Origin: an uncultured Anaerolineales bacterium
GTDB taxonomy: Bacteria > Chloroflexota > Anaerolineae > Anaerolineales > UBA11858
Length of the DNA stretch: 64,000 bases
Assembly (NCBI GenBank): GCA_964618295.1
Contig: CAZTWV010000004.1
Span: forward strand, 10,953 to 74,952
Direction of reading: 5' to 3'
Of the stretch, positions 19,064 through 28,736 are shown piece by piece. The position numbers and the translations under genes are program-made. The notes beneath the pieces were generated by a model. That model was given only the letters and a program-made list of their open reading frames with translations. It made no database searches and had not been told where the DNA came from. Positions within the stretch are counted from its first letter, which is position 1; each line of letters starts with the position of its first letter.

Positions 19064-19774
19064 ATGTTTCGCTGGTTTGCATTTGATGCAGATGATACTC
19101 TGTGGAAGAATGAGGAATATTACCGGGAGGGCCGAATCCGTTTTCAGGAAATCCTTTCCCGCTACGGCGCTGCGCTGGATGATGGTGTGGAAGTCGATCG
19201 AGTTGAATCTGAGAATATTGAATACTACGGCTATGGGGTGATGAGTTTCATTTTGTCTTTGATTGAGATGGGAATCCGGGAAACCCGCGGTGCATTAAAA
19301 GCAAAAGATGTTCAGGAGTTGTTAGATCTCGGAAAGGAAATGCTCTCCAAGAAGATTCAGCTGATGCAGGGCACCAAACAGGTGCTGGATGAACTCCAGG
19401 GTCAAGCTCAACTGCTGTTGATCACCAAAGGTGATCTAAACCATCAGCTCAAGAAGGTAAAAGAATCAGGACTCAGGGATTTTTTTCAGGCGGTTGAGGT
19501 CGTTAATGAGAAATCGTCCGGGACTTACTCAGCTATCTTAAAGAATTATCGGATCTTACCGGAACAATTTGTGATGGTTGGGAACTCTATTCGATCTGAT
19601 ATTAAGCCAGTGCTTGAAATTGGAGCATTTGCAGTTCACCTGGCCGATCATCTCTCCTGGTCGCATGAAGATGATCAGCTGGAAGAGGAGTATCGAGAAC
19701 GATTTCGTTCTGTTTCCGGTTTAACAGATGTGCCTGCAGCCCTTGAAGCTCTGACCCGGGATCAAAAGTATTAA
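19064..19774 (+). CDS. HAD-superfamily hydrolase
   Basis: AAGGAG RBS. DxDxT motif (FDADDTLW). Confidence 0.75.
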   Translation: MFRWFAFDADDTLWKNEEYYREGRIRFQEILSRYGAALDDGVEVDRVESENIEYYGYGVMSFILSLIEMGIRETRGALKAKDVQELLDLGKEMLSKKIQLMQGTKQVLDELQGQAQLLLITKGDLNHQLKKVKESGLRDFFQAVEVVNEKSSGTYSAILKNYRILPEQFVMVGNSIRSDIKPVLEIGAFAVHLADHLSWSHEDDQLEEEYRERFRSVSGLTDVPAALEALTRDQKY

Positions 19775-19805
19775 AGAACCTGGAAATTTTAATTATGGGG
19801 AATAA

Positions 19806-20480
19806 TTGAAAATTTTTGAGAAGCAGGGATTTCAGGTTCTGATTTTTGTTCTCCTATCCATCCTGGTTTGGTTTTTAAGCGGGGCTTTAGATCTGAGAGG
19901 AAGTCTCTTTGGTCTGGAGACTTCAGGGTGGCTGTCACTCTCAATAGCGGCTGCTGGACTCCACCAGTTCTATGCGGTCCTGCTCTGGAGGGGTGAGCTC
20001 TATTATCAACTTCTTACCTGCCGATTTGGAAAAAAGGCCTTCCGGGTCTGGACGATCGGTTTTCTCATCCTGTTTTTTTTCAGGCCTGGATTGATTGTCG
20101 CTCTGGCAGCTGCTAACCGGAATACTCTTTCAATACCTGTTTGGTTGGGGTTTGGATTGGGGGTCATCGTGCTTATTCCGGGAATCTACTTGATAGATTC
20201 AATCCAGCGTTATTTTGGTTTTCGGCGGGCGTTGGGAGAAGATCACTTTCTACCGGATGAATACCGGGAGAAACCCCTAGTTAAAGAGGGAATTTATTAC
20301 TGGACCAATAACGCGATGTATCTCTTTGGATTCCTGGTGCTCTGGGCTCCCGGTTTTTTTCTCCGCTCTCAAGCTGCTTTGGCCGCTGCTGCATTCAACC
20401 AGATTTTTATCTGGGCTCATTATTATTTCACGGAACTGCCGGATATGAATCATATCTACGGTAAGTTCCAGGTTGATTAG
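19806..20480 (+). CDS. Multi-pass membrane protein, ICMT/PEMT-like (tentative)
   Basis: TTG start. The C-terminal GIYYWTNNAMYLFGF loosely resembles the ICMT/PEMT SAM-binding loop, but the RHP residues are absent. Confidence 0.35.
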   Translation: MKIFEKQGFQVLIFVLLSILVWFLSGALDLRGSLFGLETSGWLSLSIAAAGLHQFYAVLLWRGELYYQLLTCRFGKKAFRVWTIGFLILFFFRPGLIVALAAANRNTLSIPVWLGFGLGVIVLIPGIYLIDSIQRYFGFRRALGEDHFLPDEYREKPLVKEGIYYWTNNAMYLFGFLVLWAPGFFLRSQAALAAAAFNQIFIWAHYYFTELPDMNHIYGKFQVD

Positions 20481-20552
20481 TCCCGGAAATCCGGGAACCT
20501 TTTCACTCATTTTGGCGTCCTCTCAACAGGAATATAGATCGGGGAGGAGCCT

Positions 20553-22862
20553 ATGAACACCCAAAGATCATTTTTCGTACGAATTCTAGTTCCCGCGTTG
20601 TTAGCAGTTGGGATTTTTTCCATCAGTCCTCATACAGTTCAGGCAGATGGGATTGTGGTTCCTGATCCACCTCCCGGGAATGAACCTATTCCTCTTCAGG
20701 ATTCCTGGTTGACAATCGACTATCACCGGGTCGAGGTCAAGATCCAAAACCAGGTTGCTGTGACCAGAATTGAACAGCAATTCACCAATCATCATACCTG
20801 GGAAGAAGAAGCCACCTATCTATTCCCAGTGCTTGAAGGTGCTGTGATCTCGGATTTTCGGATCTGGGTGGATGATAAAGCTGTTTCAAGCAAACTGCTT
20901 TCTGCAGATCAAGCCCGTGAGACTTACCTGGAGATCGTCCGCGATCGAAAAGACCCCGCATTGTTGGAGTACATTGGACGGGGTGCGGTTGAGGCCCGTT
21001 TATACCCGATCCCCTCAGGTGCTTCCTGGAGGATTGATCTGGAATATACCCAGGTCCTGCCGGTCGAGGATGGCACGGTTCAGTACAGCTACCCTTTGAA
21101 CACGGAAAAATTCTCAGCCCAACCGCTTGGAAACTGTTCGATCCGGGTGGAGATTCAATCATTAGACCCGCTGCGGACTGTTTATTCACCTACGCATCAG
21201 GATCGAATAATTATCCGGCGGGATGGGGATCAGCAGGCAGTGGTCAGTTATGAAGAATCTGATGTTTTACCTGACCAGGATTTTAATCTGATTTATACTC
21301 TCAGCCGTCAGGAAATTGGTTTGAATTGGCTGAAAACCCCCGGATCACCAACGACCCCGGGATATTTCTTATTGATGGCATCACCCGGTTCCGTGGAGCA
21401 GGAGGTCGTGGATCGCGATCTACTGCTTGTTCTTGATACATCCGGGTCGATGGAGGGGGAGAAACTCATCCAGGCCAAGGACGCGCTTCACTATATCCTT
21501 GAAAGACTGAATCCTGGGGACCGCTTTAATATTCTAGCGTTTTCATCTTGGATCCGGTTTTATTCCCGGGATCTCCAACCTGCAGCTGATTTGAGCCAGG
21601 TTTCTGGTTGGGTGGAGGGCCTGACCGCAGCCGGCGGAACGGATATTAATTTAACGCTGCTGGAAGCACTCCAGTTTCAAGATCAAAAACGACCGGACCG
21701 CCCCCTGGTGATCCTGTTTCTGACCGATGGTTTGCCCACAGAAGGGGTAACGGAAATTCAGAAAATTTTTCAAAATATCCGGAATGAATCCAGTTCCTCT
21801 GTTCGTGTCTTTTCTTTCGGGGTGGGGGATGATGTCAACACAATTTTGCTAGACGGGCTGGCGTTAGAGAACCGGGGTGTCTCTGCTTATGTCCGTCCCC
21901 AGGAATCTATTTTGGAAGAAGTCTCGGGCTTGTTTCAAAAGATTCAGCGTCCGGTGCTGACGGATCTGTCTTTGAAATTTCAAGGTGTGGAAGTTGATGA
22001 AATTTACCCCGGTCAGCTTCCGGACCTGTTTGCTGGCTCCCAGTTAATTGTGACCGGGCGCTACCGACCTGGATCCTACAAGGGAGAGACCCTGATTGAA
22101 TTATCTGGATTGGTAAATGGGAATCAGCGGGTTTTCCGCTATCCTGTCAGTGTTTCAAACACAATTGTCGCAGGGAATCAGGCGGAAGCCATTTCCCGCT
22201 TGTGGGCAGCAAGAAAGATTGGAGATTTGCTGACCAGGATCCGGTTGGAAGGCGAGAGGGAAGACTGGATTCAAGAGGTTATCAGCCTATCTATCCGCTA
22301 CGGAATCATGACCCCATACACTTCTTATTTGATCGAAGAAGATGATATTTTGACTTCCGATGGTAGGGAGCAGGTAGTTGAAGAATGGCTTGATGCACCT
22401 CAGCAGCCGTCAGTAGGAGGAAAAGCCGTCAATCAAGCTGAAGCGGAAGCCAATCTGCGATCGGCTGATTCAATGGGCGGCAGCTATGATTGGAGAGAAT
22501 CGGAGTCTTCAGCGGCTTTTTCACTCCAGATTCGAGGTGGAAAAACCTTCTTGCTGCAAAATGGAATCTGGGTGGACACTATGTATGAGACGGGTCTCCA
22601 TCCGATTCAGAAAATCCAGTTTGACTCTCCGGCGTATTATGATTTGCTTAGAGCTCATCCAGATTGGGGCAAATATCTATCTCTTGGACCGGAGGTGATT
22701 TTCGTCAGCGGGGAGACTGCTGTCCAGGTCGGTTTAGACGGAGACCAAAGCTCAGAACCGGATTCTGATGAGGGGGTTTCCAAAGGTACAAAGCCAGCTC
22801 TCCTGGTCAGGCTGGCTGCCAAACTGCAGAGGGTTGTACTCATTCTAATGAGAAATCAATAA
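20553..22862 (+). CDS. Secreted VIT + von Willebrand factor A domain protein
   Basis: Signal-like N-terminus, then a VIT-like region (VEVKIQNQVAVTRIEQQF...). VWA MIDAS motif LVLDTSGSM. Confidence 0.8.
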   Translation: MNTQRSFFVRILVPALLAVGIFSISPHTVQADGIVVPDPPPGNEPIPLQDSWLTIDYHRVEVKIQNQVAVTRIEQQFTNHHTWEEEATYLFPVLEGAVISDFRIWVDDKAVSSKLLSADQARETYLEIVRDRKDPALLEYIGRGAVEARLYPIPSGASWRIDLEYTQVLPVEDGTVQYSYPLNTEKFSAQPLGNCSIRVEIQSLDPLRTVYSPTHQDRIIIRRDGDQQAVVSYEESDVLPDQDFNLIYTLSRQEIGLNWLKTPGSPTTPGYFLLMASPGSVEQEVVDRDLLLVLDTSGSMEGEKLIQAKDALHYILERLNPGDRFNILAFSSWIRFYSRDLQPAADLSQVSGWVEGLTAAGGTDINLTLLEALQFQDQKRPDRPLVILFLTDGLPTEGVTEIQKIFQNIRNESSSSVRVFSFGVGDDVNTILLDGLALENRGVSAYVRPQESILEEVSGLFQKIQRPVLTDLSLKFQGVEVDEIYPGQLPDLFAGSQLIVTGRYRPGSYKGETLIELSGLVNGNQRVFRYPVSVSNTIVAGNQAEAISRLWAARKIGDLLTRIRLEGEREDWIQEVISLSIRYGIMTPYTSYLIEEDDILTSDGREQVVEEWLDAPQQPSVGGKAVNQAEAEANLRSADSMGGSYDWRESESSAAFSLQIRGGKTFLLQNGIWVDTMYETGLHPIQKIQFDSPAYYDLLRAHPDWGKYLSLGPEVIFVSGETAVQVGLDGDQSSEPDSDEGVSKGTKPALLVRLAAKLQRVVLILMRNQ

Positions 22863-22880
22863 CAAAGCCCGACCCGTTGT

Positions 22881-23141
22881 TTATTCTTTTTGAAAAAGAG
22901 GCAGTAATTCATTGTAGATCAGAGCAAGGAAAAGCCCGATCAAAAAACCATCTCCAAAACCCCACAGCAGAGCAACCAGGCTGCCCCCGGGGCTGACTGA
23001 AAATCCCCGGTAGATCCGTCCAATTAAGGTGATCTCCCGGGTGATTCCTTCATTGATAATCATCCACCAGGTTAAAGCAAACCAGTTGATCCCCCACACG
23101 ATCCCTGTCGCTAGAGAAAATGGCAGCACCTTGAGCTTCAT
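22881..23141 (-). CDS. Small hypothetical membrane protein (86 aa)
   Basis: Three hydrophobic segments. GGAGGAA RBS upstream on the minus strand. Confidence 0.5.
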   Translation of the reverse strand: MKLKVLPFSLATGIVWGINWFALTWWMIINEGITREITLIGRIYRGFSVSPGGSLVALLWGFGDGFLIGLFLALIYNELLPLFQKE

Positions 23142-23541
23142 GGGTATTCCTCCTGGATGAACAGAATAGGCTACTCTTTGATTATATAAAAAGTTTGCTT
23201 TTGTGGGTGGTCATTTTCAGTATTGTTCACTGGTGTGATAAATTTCTTACTTTAACTGACCTCGTTTGCGATTGTTTGATGCAGTCTTCACAAATATACC
23301 CTTCTTAATCAGTGGAATCCAGTGCGACCAGTTCTCAGGACTGAATGAAGGGTGGGATGCACTTCAAAAAATTTAACCAAATGTTTACAATTCACACCTT
23401 GTGAACAGAGGCACGAAGTGTGCTTTTGCTTTATAATTTTTTTGTAATTCCAAACTGAATTCCAACAATTGAAAATCTTGATATTTCCGCCAGATTGAAG
23501 TTGATGATTCACCAGACCGTGAATCTTCAGGAGAGTGGATC

Positions 23542-26025
23542 ATGGCATCATCCCCATCCGTTAATCAAAAAAGACATTCAGTAATCGCAGTGATTGCTGG
23601 TTTGGGATTGATATTTCTGACAGGTATTCTGCTTATTTTGATTTTGGGTATCAATTTGAAGCCTGTCGAAGAGCTGTTACCAGAAGAAAACGGGATCCGT
23701 GTTCAGATCCAGTATCCCTTGGATGGAGCATCCATTCCAATTGATCAGCAGCTGACGGTCCATGCTTCTGCCAGTGCAGGAAAACCAATTTCTCGCTTGG
23801 TGCTCTGGGCGGGAGATTCTGTGGTGGGCGCGGTTGAAAACCAGGAAACTTCGCTATCTTTTGACGCCCAATGGGACTGGTCTCCCCCTGAATCCGGGGT
23901 ATATATTTTGACAGTTCGAGCATATGATCAACAGGGTTCTGCTGCGGTTTCCGACGTGGTGGAAATTTACACCGAGCAGAAAGGTCCAGAAACCGAGTAT
24001 GTCATCCAGCCGGATGCCGGGCAGAACTTAATCGAGATATCCGAGGGGTTGGATCTACCCCCGGGGTTAGTGGCTGCAGTTAACCCTCAAATTCCTTATC
24101 CTGAGCTGGATTTGATAGGTGATGAAGAAGTTATTGTTCCGGTATTAGGCGCACCAGCATCGGGAAATCCGACCATACCTTTTCCGGACCAGGTTTCCAA
24201 TCAGCCAGAAATACAGGTGGGGTTTGGTAAAAAAATTCAGCTTGCAGTGAAGTCCCCGGGAAATAGTGAGCCGCCTCCAATCCCCGGACTGGATGCTGTT
24301 GTAGAGGGTTGTGATGTCCGTTTGAGCATTACATCTGGCAGCGGGGGTGGGAAGCCTTTACTTTATTATGTATACCGCCACAGTGAAGGGAAAAAGTTTC
24401 AGCAGATTGCGGTCATTGAAGCACCGGATAATCAGGAGCCATTTGATTATCTGGATCAAAATGTTTATGGTGACTTCATTTATTATGTGATGGCTGTAAA
24501 TGTTAGTGGTTATGTTCCCAGTGATCAGGTTGCTGCTGTTTCTGATGATCTGGAATCCTGTTTTGATCTTTCCAGGAACGTTTACCACTGGTCCAGTATT
24601 GAGATTAAGTTGGCCGATCCTGTGGATTCATTATATTGTTATGTGTCCCAGGGAGATGGACCCTATGTTCGCTTTCCTCACTCACTGACTGGAGAAGAAA
24701 TTTTCTGGGAGCCGGATCAGAACGGAGTGTATCAGTTAGCTGAAGAATTCCCGGTGTTCTCTATTCCTGAAGGAGAAACGCTGACCGTTCATGTGAAATG
24801 TCTGGGATGGATTGGGGGGGCTTTACAGGAAAAGTTTCTAACCCAATTTTCACTGGACGCTGGTTCTGTCCTGGATCCCGTTGATCTCAGTGGATCCGGC
24901 TGGGCTCTGAATGCTGAGATTGGTGATATCCAGCCCCAATTAATGGCCGGCCCTTCTCCGCCCCCCCCCCCTCAGCTATCATCGCTGGTTATACCTCCAC
25001 CTGAGCGGTTCCGCCGGACATTGGATCCCCGACTTTGCGCGGAGCACATCTCGCCAGATGATCCGGATGCTGAGATTGAGAACTGCCGCTCGGCAATCAG
25101 CAATGGCGATCTGGTGCTGGTATGGGAGTGGATTCCCACTACCTGCTGGCCTGGTCCCGATGGATCGGATCAAAACTGCAAGTATTTTAATGAGATTGAT
25201 GGTTATACGATCAGCAGAGTAGATGGTGATGGAAAGTATCAAGAGGGCGGTGATATTTTTGACGGCCGCACGACATGGGTGAAAGGAATGATCATCCCGG
25301 TGGGCTGGCCTCCGCTGCAAGGTGTTGATCCCACCCGTTATGTGGTCAGGGCTTATGCGGTGGACACCCCGGAAGGGAATCTGGCATCTGCTCCCAGTAA
25401 TATCTATGCCGTGGAAGAATATCGGCCGGATGCTCTGGATACCATTCTGATAGAAGCCAACTATGATGATACTTTTTATGATGACCGGCAGTATACCAAT
25501 GCCAAAAACTGCGGAACACTGGCTGAAAACAAACCTGGTTATCAAGGGGCTGTGGTCGGTCAGCAAAGCGGCCGCTGCGGGGCGAGTTCTTTTGAGGCAG
25601 TCATCGGGTTTGACACTTCTGACCTGGAAGGTAGAGAAGTCCAGAATGCTGTCCTGCGGTTTGAGCGGGGATCCACAAACTACAGTTTTCCAGGAGTGGC
25701 GATCAACTGGGAGCCATCCTGTGCGGACGAGTTAGGGTATTACTACACCACATCCTCCGATAACAGTGTGTATCATTTTCTAAAAGATCTCAAACGTTAT
25801 TACTCGAATAAATCAAGCTTTGAGATTGATGTCACCAGGGTGTTTTCGGACTGGACGGAACATAATCAGTGGGAAGGATTTTTTGAACTGGGACCTGGAC
25901 CGATTGGGACTAAAGGAAATGGTGTTTCATTTTATGCTGCTAGCAAAGATGATGAATTCTTCCAGTGCCTGTCTACTTATGAAAACTTTGAGCTCGAGGT
26001 AAGCGTATTCCCCGAGGAATGGTAA
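23542..26025 (+). CDS. Large membrane-anchored extracellular protein with N-terminal Ig-like domain (827 aa)
   Basis: GGAGAG RBS and an N-terminal TM helix. The Ig-like segment is shared with the next gene. A proline run is encoded by a poly-C tract. Confidence 0.7.
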   Translation: MASSPSVNQKRHSVIAVIAGLGLIFLTGILLILILGINLKPVEELLPEENGIRVQIQYPLDGASIPIDQQLTVHASASAGKPISRLVLWAGDSVVGAVENQETSLSFDAQWDWSPPESGVYILTVRAYDQQGSAAVSDVVEIYTEQKGPETEYVIQPDAGQNLIEISEGLDLPPGLVAAVNPQIPYPELDLIGDEEVIVPVLGAPASGNPTIPFPDQVSNQPEIQVGFGKKIQLAVKSPGNSEPPPIPGLDAVVEGCDVRLSITSGSGGGKPLLYYVYRHSEGKKFQQIAVIEAPDNQEPFDYLDQNVYGDFIYYVMAVNVSGYVPSDQVAAVSDDLESCFDLSRNVYHWSSIEIKLADPVDSLYCYVSQGDGPYVRFPHSLTGEEIFWEPDQNGVYQLAEEFPVFSIPEGETLTVHVKCLGWIGGALQEKFLTQFSLDAGSVLDPVDLSGSGWALNAEIGDIQPQLMAGPSPPPPPQLSSLVIPPPERFRRTLDPRLCAEHISPDDPDAEIENCRSAISNGDLVLVWEWIPTTCWPGPDGSDQNCKYFNEIDGYTISRVDGDGKYQEGGDIFDGRTTWVKGMIIPVGWPPLQGVDPTRYVVRAYAVDTPEGNLASAPSNIYAVEEYRPDALDTILIEANYDDTFYDDRQYTNAKNCGTLAENKPGYQGAVVGQQSGRCGASSFEAVIGFDTSDLEGREVQNAVLRFERGSTNYSFPGVAINWEPSCADELGYYYTTSSDNSVYHFLKDLKRYYSNKSSFEIDVTRVFSDWTEHNQWEGFFELGPGPIGTKGNGVSFYAASKDDEFFQCLSTYENFELEVSVFPEEW

Positions 26026-26047
26026 TACAGGAAAGAGAGGATCACTT

Positions 26048-27169
26048 ATGAAAAGATTCAATAGGCTTGCCTGGATAGGCTCATTGGTGATAGGGGTAAG
26101 TATCCTGGTGGTTGGGTGTAATCGACCGTCCGGACCGCAAGCAGGAAAAATGGGTGCCCAGGCCTGGATTGATGCCCCGCTGGATGAAAGTGTGATTCCC
26201 CTGGCCTCTTACCAGATTGTGGTCCACGGCAGCCATATCGCCGGGGTAGAAAAATTTGAGCTGGCGCTGGATGGAAAGACCCTGGCCGAATTGGAAGCAC
26301 AGCAGGTCTCGGATACGCTGGCCAAAGGTGAACAGGCCTGGATGCCCCCGGGGCCAGGCGAGTACACCCTGGAAATAAGGGCGATGAACAACCTCGGCGA
26401 ATGGGGTGATTACGATCAGGCTCTGGTCCGGGTGCTGGGAGAGGATACAGCACAGTCAGGTTCGGATCCCACCCCAACTTCTCCGACTGGAACCTCGACC
26501 CCGCCGACAGGGACCCCAACGACTGCTGCAGCCAGCGTGACCCCCGAGGATGTCTGTGCTCAACCGGTGATGCTCAAAGCGATCCGGAATTTAAACTGCC
26601 GGGCTGGCAGTAATCCAGCATTTTTGATCCTGGGAAGTTTTATGGAAGGGGAAACTGCGGTTGTCCAGGCTTTCAACCCTTCCCAAACCTGGGCCTATAT
26701 TGAGAATCCTGCTTACCAGGGAGAGTTCTGCTGGGTCTGGATGAATTACACTGAGATCTATCAAGGAGATCCTGATTGTGCAGATACCCGTCAGGACCCG
26801 CCTACACCTACTCCTACCAAGACAAAAACCTTAACGCCTACCCCGGTTACTCCGGCCCCACCTGCAGACACCCAAAAACCGTCGGTAACTGTCAGCAACA
26901 GTCCCTCCAGTCCTGATGAAGGGGATCAGATTACGATTACAGGAACAGCTTCTGACAATGTGGGTGTGGTCAAGATCGAGTTGTATCTTTACAAGCAGGG
27001 TCAGCCGGTGGGAAACCCGATCAAGACCTGCCCGAACACAACCAGCTGCTCAAATAATGTTGGTTATAAAATAGCAGGAGATTATGTTGCGGGTATCAAA
27101 GCCTTTGATGGTGCCGGGAATTACAACACGCGCAGTACAACCTTTACGGTTTTGGTCGAACTTTATTAA
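26048..27169 (+). CDS. Secreted protein with Ig-like, SH3b-like and C-terminal cadherin-like Ig (DNVGV) modules
   Basis: Signal/anchor with a VVGC lipobox-like site and two PT-rich linkers. NCRAGSN...FCWVWMNY module, then ITITGTASDNVGVVKIELYL. Confidence 0.7.
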   Translation: MKRFNRLAWIGSLVIGVSILVVGCNRPSGPQAGKMGAQAWIDAPLDESVIPLASYQIVVHGSHIAGVEKFELALDGKTLAELEAQQVSDTLAKGEQAWMPPGPGEYTLEIRAMNNLGEWGDYDQALVRVLGEDTAQSGSDPTPTSPTGTSTPPTGTPTTAAASVTPEDVCAQPVMLKAIRNLNCRAGSNPAFLILGSFMEGETAVVQAFNPSQTWAYIENPAYQGEFCWVWMNYTEIYQGDPDCADTRQDPPTPTPTKTKTLTPTPVTPAPPADTQKPSVTVSNSPSSPDEGDQITITGTASDNVGVVKIELYLYKQGQPVGNPIKTCPNTTSCSNNVGYKIAGDYVAGIKAFDGAGNYNTRSTTFTVLVELY

Positions 27170-27185
27170 CAGTGGTTTGAAATCC

Positions 27186-27219
27186 AACAGCCGTGGGGTT
27201 TGGCCCCACGGCTGTTTTT
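27186..27219 (+). terminator. Rho-independent terminator between convergent genes
   Basis: 13-bp stem AACAGCCGTGGGG / CCCCACGGCTGTT followed by TTT. Confidence 0.8.
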
Positions 27220-27245
27220 GGTTAACTGGGAATAGGATCGGTAAT

Positions 27246-27872
27246 CTACTGATCAGACTCTGACTCAGTAGATGCGAGATGGAACATGCTGGGGCTTTCA
27301 CCCTCCCGGAATCCTACCAGCACAAACAAGGCATTGGCAACTTTATCTCCCGGATTGAACCAGTTGTGCTCCAGGTTTGCGGAAAAAATTAAGCAGTCAC
27401 CTGCACTCAGAGCATGTTCTTTATCCTCTATCTGGTAAACAATTTCCCCCCGGAGGCAGAACACCAGTTCGTGCCCGCTGTGAGTGATTGGGAAGCGCCC
27501 ACTGGTTGCTCCAGCTTCCAGGGTGAGCATGAAAGGTTCAATCTGGCCATTGAAGTTTTCTCCACCAAGGCCCTCCCAGAGTCCGCGGTGGAAGGGAATC
27601 CGATTTCTTTCATTGGCTTTGGTGAGAACGACATCACTTTCGCTGAAGTCTTCCTGAAAAAAGCTGGTGATAGGGATTTCCAGGGCAGAGGCAATTTTAT
27701 ATAGGGTGCTGACGGAAGGGGAAGACTTTCCCCGTTCGATGACACTGAGAGCATTGGCTGATAATCCACTCAATCTTCCAAGACCCCGGATTGAAAGGCC
27801 TCGATCCTCACGGATATCCCGCAACCTGTTACTGATGTTGATAGACAGAGCTTCCTGATTGTAAATATCCAT
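27246..27872 (-). CDS. XRE-family HTH regulator with C-terminal cupin domain
   Basis: HTH_3 pattern (RLRDIREDRGLSIRGLGRLSGLSANALSVIERG) followed by cupin motifs (GHELVFCLRGE...). Confidence 0.8.
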   Translation of the reverse strand: MDIYNQEALSINISNRLRDIREDRGLSIRGLGRLSGLSANALSVIERGKSSPSVSTLYKIASALEIPITSFFQEDFSESDVVLTKANERNRIPFHRGLWEGLGGENFNGQIEPFMLTLEAGATSGRFPITHSGHELVFCLRGEIVYQIEDKEHALSAGDCLIFSANLEHNWFNPGDKVANALFVLVGFREGESPSMFHLASTESESDQ

Positions 27873-28000
27873 ATCACCTCGCTGGGAGAAAATTCTCTCT
27901 GATTATAACAAAAAACTATCTCAGGAGGATTTTGCAACTTTCTAAAATCTTTTCCGTATAGTGTATTGAGAGAAAAGAACTAATCAGAAGGAGTGATACC

Positions 28001-28252
28001 ATGTCAGCAGAAGTTAAAAAACTATATCGATCCCATCAAGATCGGATGATTGCCGGCGTTTGCGGCGGGCTGGGTGAATACTTTAATGTAGACTCTACCT
28101 TGCTGCGATTGCTGTTTGTGTTCGGGTTTTTTGCTACCGGCAGCGGTTTGCTGTGGGCTTACCTGATCATGATGGTCATTGTCCCGGAATCACTGCCTGC
28201 AAATCAGGATGTGGTTCCAGGCGACTTAGAAGAAGCCCCAGTTCAGGAATAA
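28001..28252 (+). CDS. PspC domain protein
   Basis: [33 protein letters not shown] is the canonical PspC N-terminal motif, followed by a TM helix. Confidence 0.85.
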   Translation: MSAEVKKLYRSHQDRMIAGVCGGLGEYFNVDSTLLRLLFVFGFFATGSGLLWAYLIMMVIVPESLPANQDVVPGDLEEAPVQE

Positions 28253-28274
28253 AACAAATCCTGAGCAAAGAAAA

Positions 28275-28316
28275 AACGCCCGGCTGAGCGGGTATTATCT
28301 CGCTCAACCGGGCGTT
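28275..28316. terminator. Bidirectional terminator hairpin between pspC-like gene and the minus-strand operon
   Basis: About 15-bp interrupted stem (AACGCCCGGCTGAGCG / CGCTCAACCGGGCGTT), flanked by A6 on the left and TTT on the right. Confidence 0.75.
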
Positions 28317-28331
28317 TAAGGTTACCCTTGC

Positions 28332-28712
28332 CTAATCGATAAAAATTTCAACGTGTTCTTGATCGACCTCATCAACTACATCTACAATTTTCCCCTGGAT
28401 GTTCTCGGTCAAGGCTTCCCGGACGGTTTCCATCATTTGATCATCATCCATTTCCGGAGCGTACTTAGCCGCGATATTTAAACCCGCGTCCAGTAATTTC
28501 AAGGGGAGATTGACATTGACCTTGGCTTTTCCGGTTTGCATATCAGTGACCCGCACCCTTAGCCATTGGGACTCCAGGGAGGATTTTTTTCTGGGTTTCG
28601 GTTTGCTCCCTCCTTTGGTCAGCGCGGTCAGGAGTTTTGCACCTTCATCTGCGGATATTTTTCCATCATTAATCATTTTTAATATTTTCATTCTTTCTTC
28701 ACTTGTAACCAT
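28332..28712 (-). CDS. Small protein with N-terminal SHOCT-like (YvlB/LiaX-type) helix
   Basis: N-terminus SEERMKILKMINDGKISADEGAKLLTAL. Last gene of the operon. Confidence 0.65.
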   Translation of the reverse strand: MVTSEERMKILKMINDGKISADEGAKLLTALTKGGSKPKPRKKSSLESQWLRVRVTDMQTGKAKVNVNLPLKLLDAGLNIAAKYAPEMDDDQMMETVREALTENIQGKIVDVVDEVDQEHVEIFID

Positions 28713-28736
28713 CTTGCCCCTCCTTTCAGGGTTTTT

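Noticed and set aside
23309-23512. 67-aa minus-strand ORF in the AT-rich intergenic region
   Set aside because: It has no RBS and an odd composition (Cys/Asn/Lys/His-rich, with no hydrophobic core pattern). It sits in a region that looks regulatory. I treat it as non-coding.
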